A DNA stretch of 64,000 nucleotides from an uncultured Gemmatimonadales bacterium (GTDB lineage: Bacteria; Gemmatimonadota; Gemmatimonadetes; Longimicrobiales; Gaopeijiaceae). The position numbers were made by a program, and so were the translations under genes. This document shows positions 49,414 through 58,091 of the stretch, piece by piece. The stretch covers positions 2,176,001 through 2,240,000 of the forward strand of contig CAWELD010000003.1 of assembly GCA_963809895.1 (NCBI GenBank). The letters run 5' to 3'. The notes below the pieces were generated by a model. That model had not been told where the DNA came from, made no database searches, and was given only the letters and a program-made list of their open reading frames with translations. Positions within the stretch are counted from its first letter, which is position 1. Every line of letters starts with the position of its first letter.

Positions 49414-49437
49414 CGCCGTGGCCAACTCGGATCCGTG

Positions 49438-49824
49438 CTAAAGCCCGCGGGGCTGCACAACACCGAGCTTCCCGTGCCCAAGGATTAGGTCACATCCGTC
49501 GGGACATCGGGGGCGAAGGACGACCTTCACAAAGTCATTGACCACACGGTTGTATTCCTCGACCGAGATTCTCGGGGGAGAGGGCGCCACCGGCACAGCG
49601 TTGCAGACGTACCATCCGGAATCCTCGTCGCTCCAGGCGAGCCAGAGACGAATGTGTCGCTCCCCCTCACGATCCCTCCGAAGATAGCGGATACTCTCCA
49701 CCATCGGGTCCACGGGAGGGTCGAGCAGGTGCTCCCATGCACCCGACTCATCGAACGGGGCCCGCAGGGCCGCCTCGGTCTTGCGCTTGTCGCCACAGAT
49801 TCTGGCTTCGCGATAGGTGGTCAC
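49438..49824 (-). CDS. Hypothetical protein
   Basis: GGGGA RBS with GTG start and a globular-looking sequence (WYVCNAVP..ISVEEYNRVVNDF). Confidence 0.6.
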   Translation of the reverse strand: MTTYREARICGDKRKTEAALRAPFDESGAWEHLLDPPVDPMVESIRYLRRDREGERHIRLWLAWSDEDSGWYVCNAVPVAPSPPRISVEEYNRVVNDFVKVVLRPRCPDGCDLILGHGKLGVVQPRGL

Positions 49825-50119
49825 TCGTCCCCCATTGCACAGCGCGAGCCGGCATCAGGGCTCACCAATGTTCAGCGACTTGCCTCCTCAAGTATCGCCA
49901 CTCGGATGGCACGGATGAAGGTCCGGGAGGTGCCCGACCGGGCCGCTGCCTGGTACGGGGACGCCGCTCGGGTCCTCGGATCCGCCGGCGAGTTGGCTGG
50001 CCTGGATCGGAGGGGGCTGGGGCGGGTTGGAATCCAGCCGCGCGTTCTCCCTAGCCGCGAACTGGCTAGCCCTCCGAATCTTCCGCGGTCGACCCGCACC
50101 GCGTCAGCAAAAATTCTCC

Positions 50120-50148
50120 TTGACTGCGACTCGGCCTACGCGTAGGTT
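50120..50148 (+). promoter_or_regulatory. Sigma-70-like promoter of the cargo operon
   Basis: TTGACT-17 bp-TAGGTT preceded by an A-tract. Confidence 0.6.
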
Positions 50149-50361
50149 GTCTATCGTCCCCCCCAGGACGGTTGGTCAGTGATCAAGTTCAACTCTGTGT
50201 GGATCTAGTGGGGAGGGGGGGATGACTAGCCTACCGAATCGACGTGACTTGGTAGGCATCTCCTGGCAACCTCTGCCGATACCCCATCACAGGTTTCTTC
50301 ACCTTGCGTCTCCTGGGGGGCGTATGTGCGTTCATCACCCACACACCGGAGGTTTGTCACC

Positions 50362-50814
50362 ATGAAGACGTCTCGCGTAGCTGGTGTCGGACTTGCCGCC
50401 GTCACTGCTCTAATGACGCTCGCGGCACTTCCCTCGCCTCGTAGTAGTACCACAGCCGCGGCAGAGAAGTGCGCCAAGTGTATGGACTACAACCACTGCA
50501 GCTGGTTCGATCCGCCTGTCGGGCGAAACACAAACTGCACCAACTTCCCCTGTGAATACACCGGGGAGGATTGCGGCGCCGTGACGCTCTACTTCAATCC
50601 AAATGTCGAGCGCCGAGAGATGCGTACCCGCAACGGGGGTTTCATCCGACTCGTTGGGGTCGATGATGGGCTGTTCGCGTCGTACTCCTGCGACCATGAA
50701 CTGATCGCCGTTGCGAGAGAGGCCGCCCCCGGTGAGCTGCAACTTGTCGATACTGGGCCGTTCCAACGCAACCTCAGTTGGGGTCGAGTCTCCGCCCAAC
50801 TTCTCGAGCAATAG
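50362..50814 (+). CDS. Secreted Cys-rich protein
   Basis: RBS GGAGG and signal peptide, followed by six Cys in ~35 residues (CAKCMDYNHC..NCTNFPC..EDC). Confidence 0.75.
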   Translation: MKTSRVAGVGLAAVTALMTLAALPSPRSSTTAAAEKCAKCMDYNHCSWFDPPVGRNTNCTNFPCEYTGEDCGAVTLYFNPNVERREMRTRNGGFIRLVGVDDGLFASYSCDHELIAVAREAAPGELQLVDTGPFQRNLSWGRVSAQLLEQ

Positions 50815-50887
50815 AATCGGGCCGCATACCCCCCCAGGGGTCGATCTGACTTCCAGCACGAAAATCTTCTCAACGGGAGAGGCAGGG

Positions 50888-51925
50888 ATGTTGAACTCTT
50901 TGAGGGGCGGATCAATCCTCGTTGTCGCGAGCATGTGTGTTGTCGGGCTTCCTCAATGCCTGGCGGCTCAAGAGCATACGCTTTCAATCCAGGAACGATG
51001 GGAGACCCTCGGGCCGAAAGACGAACCCTTCGTGAACGTGAACGGCATGGCCGAGAGCCCTACCGGCGAGATCTGGATTTCAGACTCTGGAGCGGTGTGG
51101 CTTCTCGACAAGAATGGCGAGGTCCTGCGTCGTATTGGTGGCTCCGGCGAAGGCCCTGGGGAATTCCTCAGCCCTACACGCATTACCACGACGGCCGCCG
51201 GGATGATGGCCGTGCTAGATATTGTGAGGAGTTCGATTGAGCTCTTCCGCCCAGACGGCACGTTCGCGAAGCGGATCCTGCTCGAGGTCCAACCTTTCAA
51301 TGTTAAGGGGTTCGTGGCGGACGCAGACGACACCTTCCTCATCAGTGGCGGGATCTATTCCAAGGCATATGCTATCCATCGCTTTGATGGCGAGGGCCGA
51401 TGGATCGAAGGATTCGGAGACCTGCCGGTTCCCAAGGTGGCGAGCCCGGACAACTACGAGAACAGTCTACAAGTCACCGGTGGACCACTCGCGATCGGCG
51501 AAGACGGTAGACTGTTCTATAGCCAGGCGGCCCCTTTCGAAGTCGTCGCCTACGGGGAAGGAAGCCAGGCCCCGCGGGTCGTTGACCAGGAGGTCGATCT
51601 ATTGGCGCCGATCGTGGACAACTTCACCACGGAAACGATCGTGGATGGCGTCCGTCACATACGCCCACGCTGGTTCTTCGACCAATCGCGGGGCCTCAAT
51701 GTGATCCACGGAGGCTTGCTGAACAGTATCACCTACGAAGAGCGAGGGAGGACCCTATGGCGATACTACGACTCGGATGGCAACCTCCAAGCTACGAAGG
51801 TGTCACCTGACGAGTATTGGGTTTGGGGACGCACTGCCGATGGGGATCTTCTGGCATCACGATGGAACCTGGCGTCGGATGAAACTTCGGCGGTCCGACT
51901 CAGCGTTCGATTTGGCTCGCGATGA
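50888..51925 (+). CDS. Secreted 6-bladed (NHL-like) beta-propeller protein
   Basis: Signal peptide, GEIWISD..RRIGGSGEGPGEF, FRPDGTF, FDGEGRW, YDSDGNL repeats. Confidence 0.85.
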   Translation: MLNSLRGGSILVVASMCVVGLPQCLAAQEHTLSIQERWETLGPKDEPFVNVNGMAESPTGEIWISDSGAVWLLDKNGEVLRRIGGSGEGPGEFLSPTRITTTAAGMMAVLDIVRSSIELFRPDGTFAKRILLEVQPFNVKGFVADADDTFLISGGIYSKAYAIHRFDGEGRWIEGFGDLPVPKVASPDNYENSLQVTGGPLAIGEDGRLFYSQAAPFEVVAYGEGSQAPRVVDQEVDLLAPIVDNFTTETIVDGVRHIRPRWFFDQSRGLNVIHGGLLNSITYEERGRTLWRYYDSDGNLQATKVSPDEYWVWGRTADGDLLASRWNLASDETSAVRLSVRFGSR

Positions 51926-52911
51926 ACGAGCCCGTCGCTCCAGTCAGCTACTGGAGTTTCTGTTGCATCGGCTCAGAGTGTGAGGACAACTGCTGCCATT
52001 CCTGGGATGTCAATGTCACCCGGCGCGAAATTGCTCGGGTCTCGTCTGCGACGCGACGGCCAGAGAGGGACTTCGCGCGCGTTGGGCCGACCAAACCGAG
52101 CCGTCGTCCGCTGACCGTTCTCAAGCGTCGGGCGGATGGTGCCTGTCACTTTCAGCTTAACGATGGCCTCTGCGAGCTCCAGCGCGACTTCTCGGCGGCG
52201 ACCCTCCCAACCGTATGCAAGGAATTCCCGCGGAGCCGAGTGACACGAGGAGAACTGGCCTCGGCATGGCTGACTCCGGCCTGTCCGGAAGCCGTACGAC
52301 TCATGCTCCGCAGCCCAATGGAACTCCGGGGCGACGGGTCTGAAGGGTCGCTCTCACAGATCTCGCTTCTCCTGCAGAGGATCGCGTGCTCCACTCCTGA
52401 GGGCCTAGTACAGACACTGGTCCTGATCGTGGACGACCTCTCCTCTTCCACGGGGGGCAGCCCCCACGACCTAGAAGCACTGAGAACCTTGGGCCGCGCA
52501 TTCCTGCACGAGGCTCTTGAACACTTGGAGTCGCTCAGTTCCGACGAACTGCTAGCCGCCTGGCTCCACACTGCAACCGAGGAGGGAGTTGCTAGGCTCG
52601 ACCACAGCAAGGGCCGAGAACAACTCCAACCACTCCTCTGGCACCTGACATGGATGTTCTCACAGCGGTCGGGCGATCTCTTGAGGGCCCTAGGGGAAGC
52701 GTTGTTCTTTTGCTCCATCCTCACGAGGCTTGGCACCACACCGGATCCGACCGGATGTGCAGACGGTCCCCGGCTCTGGGTCTCAGCCACTTATCGATGC
52801 TTCAGGCAGCTTCACCACAACGAGTTGCTGCGCCGCCACGTGAGCACGTCAGCGGCGAAAGTGTCTCAGCATCCCGAAGCCTTGATCGCACTCGTCACCA
52901 CCCTCGAGTAG
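51922..52911 (+). CDS. FliB-like (flagellin lysine N-methylase / CxxCxxCC) Cys-cluster protein
   Basis: FCCIGSECEDNCCHSWDV, CHFQLNDGLCELQ, LPTVCKEFPR and ACPEAVRL match the FliB N-terminal Cys pattern. The ATG overlaps the previous stop. Confidence 0.75.
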   Translation: MNEPVAPVSYWSFCCIGSECEDNCCHSWDVNVTRREIARVSSATRRPERDFARVGPTKPSRRPLTVLKRRADGACHFQLNDGLCELQRDFSAATLPTVCKEFPRSRVTRGELASAWLTPACPEAVRLMLRSPMELRGDGSEGSLSQISLLLQRIACSTPEGLVQTLVLIVDDLSSSTGGSPHDLEALRTLGRAFLHEALEHLESLSSDELLAAWLHTATEEGVARLDHSKGREQLQPLLWHLTWMFSQRSGDLLRALGEALFFCSILTRLGTTPDPTGCADGPRLWVSATYRCFRQLHHNELLRRHVSTSAAKVSQHPEALIALVTTLE

Positions 52912-53271
52912 GGGCGATGCGATCACCTCTTCAAGAGAGGTGGCTACGTCCAGCGCTGCGCCGCCTGTTGGGTTCGCGGGACTTCGACCATCGGCACTGC
53001 CCCGCGGCCTAGCGCTTCCTCCGCCTGAGTAGCGCCACGGGCCACATACGTCGACGTCTATTTGAACCCCCTGGAAACGAGAACGGCCGCCCCGAAGATG
53101 GGGCGGCCGCTGTCGCTTGGGGATGGCTGGATGGGACGGCGTCCAGCCGACCCGCACTCTAGCAGGACGCAACTGGCTCAGGGCGTCCGGGGGAGCAAGC
53201 CCAACGGCCTGCTCATCGCCGGAGCCGTACTCGCCGCCCTGGTGATCTTCGGCCGTGAGTAGCATGAGCGG

Positions 53272-53547
53272 TCAATCGGGAATGTTGGGCTCCTCGCCCC
53301 AGATCCCGGACGCCCCGCGATTCGCCTGTCCTGAACCCGCGCGGTGCGCCGCTGAGAACGGCGATCCGATCGAGGCGCTGTGCGTCGATCGGTAGACCAA
53401 CCGATCGCCAACGATCGTGCCCACGTACCGGCCGTCAGGTCCGAAGACCCGGTCCCTCTTGATGCGTCCGACCGGCTTGCCCGACCGGCTGTAGACCGTC
53501 TTCCCCGACACGCGGAGAGGCTTTCCGTTCTTCGTGTGCAAGCGCAC
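53272..53547 (-). CDS. Small basic beta-repeat protein (4-fold beta-flower-like)
   Basis: Repeats HTKNGKPL / YSRSGKPVG / FGPDGRYVG. Confidence 0.6.
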   Translation of the reverse strand: MRLHTKNGKPLRVSGKTVYSRSGKPVGRIKRDRVFGPDGRYVGTIVGDRLVYRSTHSASIGSPFSAAHRAGSGQANRGASGIWGEEPNIPD

Positions 53548-53560
53548 GGTTGCCCCTGTC

Positions 53561-53800
53561 CTATCCCTTCGTCCGGCGCGGGTCGTTGCCGGGAGCGACC
53601 GTGTCCTTGTCGCGAATCTTCCCGTCGACGCCTTTCGTGGTGAGTTCTCCCCCGCCCTGGCGCTTCAACATCTCGCGCGCGGCATCCTGAGCGGCCTTCT
53701 GCGTGTCATGGACGCTCGAAGCGCGCTCAGCATCATTCCGCTTGTTCCGCCATTTCCCGTCATCGCCCTTGTAGATCGTGCGGTCCTGTCCCTTGCTCAT
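53561..53800 (-). CDS. DUF2188 family protein
   Basis: GKWRNKRNDAERASSVHDTQKAAQDAAREM..GGELTTKGVDGKIRDKDT..GNDP. Confidence 0.85.
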   Translation of the reverse strand: MSKGQDRTIYKGDDGKWRNKRNDAERASSVHDTQKAAQDAAREMLKRQGGGELTTKGVDGKIRDKDTVAPGNDPRRTKG

Positions 53801-53817
53801 TTCCGTACACCCCTTGG

Positions 53818-54036
53818 TTAGAATACGTCCTCTGCGATCAACTCCCCGGAGAGATCCCGGTAGACCTGTTCCACGAACTCGATCTGTACCAGCTCGTCGC
53901 CGGTGTGGGGATTGCGGCCCCGATGCTTGATCCGGCTGAAGTGGAGGCCGCCAAACGTGATCAGCGCCGCCGGATCGTGGATCTTCAAGCCCTCGATGAG
54001 CTCACCGACGGTGATCCCACTGCCCTTATCGCTCAC
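53818..54036 (-). CDS. Small hypothetical phage-type protein
   Basis: AGGAGG followed by GTG; ITVGELIEGLK..FGGLHFSRIKHRG..LVQIEF. Confidence 0.65.
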   Translation of the reverse strand: MSDKGSGITVGELIEGLKIHDPAALITFGGLHFSRIKHRGRNPHTGDELVQIEFVEQVYRDLSGELIAEDVF

Positions 54037-54117
54037 GGGTCCCTCCTCTCCAAGTTGGATCAAGATTGCGCTCGGATCCGGGCACCCACGCGCAGGTTCA
54101 GATTCTGGACTCTCTCG

Positions 54118-55242
54118 CAGACCGCGGGCTCCGTGTTCTCGCTTCTCAACAGCGCGTTTGGTCCGGATCCCGAGCGGGACCGGCTGCGGCAGCAGGAGAT
54201 CGAGGCCACGGAGCGGCTGCGCTCGGCGATCAATGATCTCGCCGACCAGATCCAGCGCGGCGAGAATGTGCCGGTCAGCTCGATCGATCTGCTGCAGTCG
54301 GTGCTCGAGCCACTGAAGGGCGGTGACATCAAGGAGACGCTCCGACGCTTCCTGTTCGATGAGAACGGCAACTTCAACCGCCAGACGGGCGGGGCCCTGC
54401 TCCAACTCGACAAGGCGTTCGGGACCGACTTCTTCAAGCAGTTCGGCGAGATCGATCAGTCGAACCTGGGTGCGCTGCAGCGCTTCTTCGAGCGGCTGCA
54501 GGAGTTCGTGGACGCGGCCTCCGCGGGGTTCGGCACGTTCGGCGACTCGTTGGAGGCCCAGATCGAGTTCTTCAACCTGCTGAAGGACCAGCTGGACATC
54601 GGGGACGCCACCCAGGCGCTGCAGCTCTTCCTCGATGAGGTGCAGGCGATCCCCGACGCGCTGAAGGAGGCGCTCGCGGGCTTCGATCTCTCGAGCGCCG
54701 AGGGGCGCAAGGCGGCCAGCGATTTCCTGGCCGAGCTCACGGGGACCTTGGCCCGGGAGGGCATCACGGATCAGATCCGCGCGATCTTCGGTAGCGACCT
54801 GACGCCGGGCGAGATCCTGAAGCTGCTGGACTCGCTGGACGGGCTTCTGGACAACCTCGACCAGCAGGCCAAGGACAGCGCTGAGACGCAGAGTTACGTG
54901 CGCAGCGTGCAGATCACGGAGGCCCAGGCCGGCCGGCTGCTGGCGTTGAACACCACGATGGTGAGCCGTCTGGAGCGTCTCGATGTGCTGGCCGTGGAGC
55001 GGAACGCCCTGCTGACGACGCTGTTGGGTTCCGCGCTGGCGGGTGCGGCCCCCATTCCCACGTCGAGCAGTTCCAACATCTCACTCGGGGGCGTGCAGGT
55101 GCCGGTGACGTCCGCACCGATCACGGACCAACAGAGCGCGGCAAGCTACGGCAATGCCGTCGGAAACGCGGTGATGGATCAGATCGATCGGCGGTTCTAC
55201 GACAGACAGGTCAACGCCAAGCGCACCCTTGGAAGCGGCTGA
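54118..55242 (+). pseudogene. C-terminal fragment of a tail tape-measure-like protein
   Basis: Long helical A/L/D/Q-rich ORF with no convincing start or RBS, ending in VQITEAQAGRLLAL..NISLGGVQV..GNAVMDQIDRRF, a pattern typical of tape-measure C-termini. The assignment is inference. Confidence 0.55.
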
Positions 55243-55775
55243 TGCATACCCGAGAGCAGAATCCTGGCCCGATGGACCTCAGAGCGCAGACATGGGCTTC
55301 TCGAGACCTCGCAGGCGATGTCGTGAGAGATCTCCGGGGCGGTTTTCACACCGTGGGGGCTGAGATCCGCACGTTGGGACTCGATGCCCGGGTCCGGGAA
55401 GCCAAGCCACGGTATAGGACCGGATCGTCCCTTCGTCTGGCATGCTTCCGCCTCGAGATCCCATCGGCGGGCTTCCTGGGATTCGAGGATGCGAGAGCCG
55501 GGGACGGCGTCGTGAGTCTCCGCCTGCTCTTCGAACGACGCCCCCGGAGGTTACCTGGCTGGGTCAGCGGCCTTGAGATCCGCGGCTCCGAGCGCGTGGG
55601 CGAACTCGTCCTCACGGTGGACGCCGCTACCAGAGAGGTGGTGGAGCACGCGCGAGGTGTCAGGTGGCCCTGTGCCAGAGCAGGGACCGGCCGAGCCTTT
55701 CCGGAGGGAGTCGTTGAGAGGCTCGCATGGTCTCTGACGAACACGTGTCTCGGCCTGAGCCGGACCCGAGAATGA
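55242..55775 (+). CDS. Hypothetical protein
   Basis: The ATG overlaps the preceding stop (TGATG); 177 aa with no recognised motif. Confidence 0.45.
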   Translation: MHTREQNPGPMDLRAQTWASRDLAGDVVRDLRGGFHTVGAEIRTLGLDARVREAKPRYRTGSSLRLACFRLEIPSAGFLGFEDARAGDGVVSLRLLFERRPRRLPGWVSGLEIRGSERVGELVLTVDAATREVVEHARGVRWPCARAGTGRAFPEGVVERLAWSLTNTCLGLSRTRE

Positions 55776-55935
55776 CGAGCAGTGGGGCCCACGAGCGGTG
55801 TCCGGAGCATGCAGGATTTCTCCTCCCTGCATGTCAGTCGGCCTCCAGCCGCGAACGGGATAATCTGAGGTGGGTGACCGGACCACCCCCTCTCCCCATG
55901 GCTCTCCCGAGCCTGGTTGGATCACGCCAGGACTG

Positions 55936-56280
55936 ATGAATCCCCTCGCGGAGCTAGGCGAGCGCTGGCGGGCCGACGCTCAGGTCCTTCGCCTCTACGG
56001 AAACGTGGAGATGGCGGACCTCAACGAGCGACATGCTGCGGAAGTGGAAGAAGCCGTCCGAGCTTGGGAGATGGAGGAGCTCACGATCGCGGAAGCGGCC
56101 AGTGAGTCAGGCTACTCCCCGGATTACCTTCGGGAACTCGTCCGAACTGGCCAGATCCCAGACCTGCGTCCGAAGGGCAGCGAAGGTCATATCCGAATCC
56201 ATCGTCGAGACCTACCCCGGAAACCCTCTGGCGGCGAGTCCGGCGGCATCGCAAGGATGCTCACCGCTCTCCGCCAGTGA
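55936..56280 (+). CDS. Excisionase-like HTH protein
   Basis: LTIAEAASESGYSPDYLRELVRTGQIP..IRIHRRDL (HTH_17-like), located upstream of the integrase. Confidence 0.75.
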   Translation: MNPLAELGERWRADAQVLRLYGNVEMADLNERHAAEVEEAVRAWEMEELTIAEAASESGYSPDYLRELVRTGQIPDLRPKGSEGHIRIHRRDLPRKPSGGESGGIARMLTALRQ

Positions 56281-56324
56281 TAGGGAGATTGCGAATCCTC
56301 CTCATATATTCCATTCTGGTACAC

Positions 56325-56600
56325 ATGGTACGCGATGCCGAATTGACTGAGGCCGTGCGGGACGCCGTCGAGAGCATGCCGGCTTCCTACCGCGAGCTCT
56401 CCCGGAGAGCGGGCATCCCCCATGTCACGATCGTGAAGATCATGGGTGGGCGGCTCGGTGCTTCCGTGGAAGTGGCTGAGGCGCTTGCCGACGCCCTGGC
56501 CGAGTGGGAGCGCGAGCAGGCTGGCGCCCTCGCGAAGGTCGCCGGCGAACGGCGTCGCATCCGTGAAATACTCGAACGAGGAACGGGAGGGGCGCCATGA
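56325..56600 (+). CDS. XRE-family HTH protein
   Basis: SYRELSRRAGIPHVTIVKIMGG; the stop overlaps the integrase ATG. Confidence 0.75.
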   Translation: MVRDAELTEAVRDAVESMPASYRELSRRAGIPHVTIVKIMGGRLGASVEVAEALADALAEWEREQAGALAKVAGERRRIREILERGTGGAP

Positions 56601-57805
56601 GCAAGTCAAAGCGGTGGCGGTACAAGGTTGGCCCCTACGGGGCACGAGTGACGATCGAGGAACGCACCTTGGGCTCCAACGTGCGACTCAAGAAGTTCGA
56701 CAGCGAGAAGGGCCGATACGTCACGGCCACCCTGGACTACCCCGTGAGGGACGCCGAGGGCAGCCTCCTTCCCCATGCCGTCGACCGAGCGAAGGCCGAC
56801 GCCGCTCGCCTCTCGAACCGGCTACTCCAAGGCGAGGAACTCGAACACGCGACCACCTTGGGGACCCTACTGCGCCACTTCCGGCGCGAGGAACTCCAGG
56901 ACATGGGGGGCCGGCACCGTGGTGCGGTGGAAGTCGAGCTGGAGCTGATCGAGCGTTTCTTGGGTCCTACGTTCGAGGTCGGCAACCTCGGCCCGCGCGA
57001 ATGGAACGCACTCGCGCGCCAACGGCAGAGCGGCGAGATCGATGCCCGAGGACATCGGGTGCCAGACCCTGAAGCGCGACGGAGCGTCGGACCTCGAACG
57101 GTCGCCAAGACCCTGAAGACCCTTCGACAGGTGTGCCGCTTCGGCTCGACGTACCGCACGTCGCGCGGAGCATTCCTCCTCGATGCCGACCCAAGTCGGG
57201 GGCTTGAGGTGCCCACACAGCCCAACCCGCGGCGACCGATTATGGACGACGACTGCTTCGAGGCCATGGTCGCGGCCGCGGACCACGTGCATCCACTTCT
57301 GCGTTCGATGCTCGTACTGGTTGGTGAAACAGGGCGCCGGCTCGGTGCCGTCCTGGCGCTCCGCGCGTCCGACTGGATGCCTGAGCGAGGAAGCCACGGC
57401 GCCATCCTCTGGCGGGCAGACTCCGACAAGCTGGGCAGGGACTGGACCACACCTGTATCGGCCCGAGCTCGCGCGGAGATGGACGCCCTCACCAGTCGCC
57501 AGGGAGTCATCGGGGACGGCTACCTCTTCCCCGCCCCGAAATCGAAAGGCCACATCGACAGTAGCCTGGCCTCGCACTGGTGGCGACGATGTGAGAAGGC
57601 AGCGGGCCTCAAGCACCGGTCCTGGATGGGCTGGCATAGCCTCCGCCGGCGATGGGCAACGAAGCGGAAGGACATGTCGGTGCGGGACGTCGCCCACGTC
57701 GGCGGCTGGAAGGGGACTCAGGTCCTTCGGGACATCTACCAGCGCGCGGACTGGGAATCGATGGAGGCTGTCGCCGCCGGCGGCAAGGCACTCCGCCAAG
57801 CGTAG
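56597..57805 (+). CDS. Tyrosine recombinase/integrase
   Basis: Catalytic set TGRR, DK, WHSLRR, GGW and IY; adjacent to the tRNA att site. Confidence 0.92.
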   Translation: MSKSKRWRYKVGPYGARVTIEERTLGSNVRLKKFDSEKGRYVTATLDYPVRDAEGSLLPHAVDRAKADAARLSNRLLQGEELEHATTLGTLLRHFRREELQDMGGRHRGAVEVELELIERFLGPTFEVGNLGPREWNALARQRQSGEIDARGHRVPDPEARRSVGPRTVAKTLKTLRQVCRFGSTYRTSRGAFLLDADPSRGLEVPTQPNPRRPIMDDDCFEAMVAAADHVHPLLRSMLVLVGETGRRLGAVLALRASDWMPERGSHGAILWRADSDKLGRDWTTPVSARARAEMDALTSRQGVIGDGYLFPAPKSKGHIDSSLASHWWRRCEKAAGLKHRSWMGWHSLRRRWATKRKDMSVRDVAHVGGWKGTQVLRDIYQRADWESMEAVAAGGKALRQA

Positions 57806-57815
57806 AATTGCAACG

Positions 57816-57837
57816 AACCTGATACGGAAACTGAGAC
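57816..57837 (+). repeat. Integrase arm-type site candidates (right end)
   Basis: AACCTGATAC (57816) and AAACTGAGAC (57828), with a 12-bp period and the same orientation as the left copies. Confidence 0.6.
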
Positions 57838-57911
57838 ATGGACCTCACCCACGAGCCCAGTCCCCGGAACAACAAAAGCGGAAGCCCTTGTGCCGTAAGG
57901 ACTTCCGCCAG

Positions 57912-57984
<73 letters not shown>

Positions 57985-58091
57985 GTGCCGGACCTGGGGT
58001 CCGGAGCCCTAAACGATATCCCGATCGCCGCCCGTGTCAACGCCTGCGGTCGAGGCATTCCGCCACGCGCGTGGGTTGTCTAGCTTGGCGA

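Noticed and set aside
51922..52911. Assigning the gene symbol fliB or a flagellar locus
   Set aside because: Only the Cys-rich N-terminal pattern is recognisable and no flagellar genes are nearby; kept as FliB-like.
52920..53262. 66-aa ORF ending in a hydrophobic stretch (NGLLIAGAVLAALVIFGRE)
   Set aside because: Weak TTG start, no RBS and no recognisable family; possibly a remnant, not supportable as a gene.
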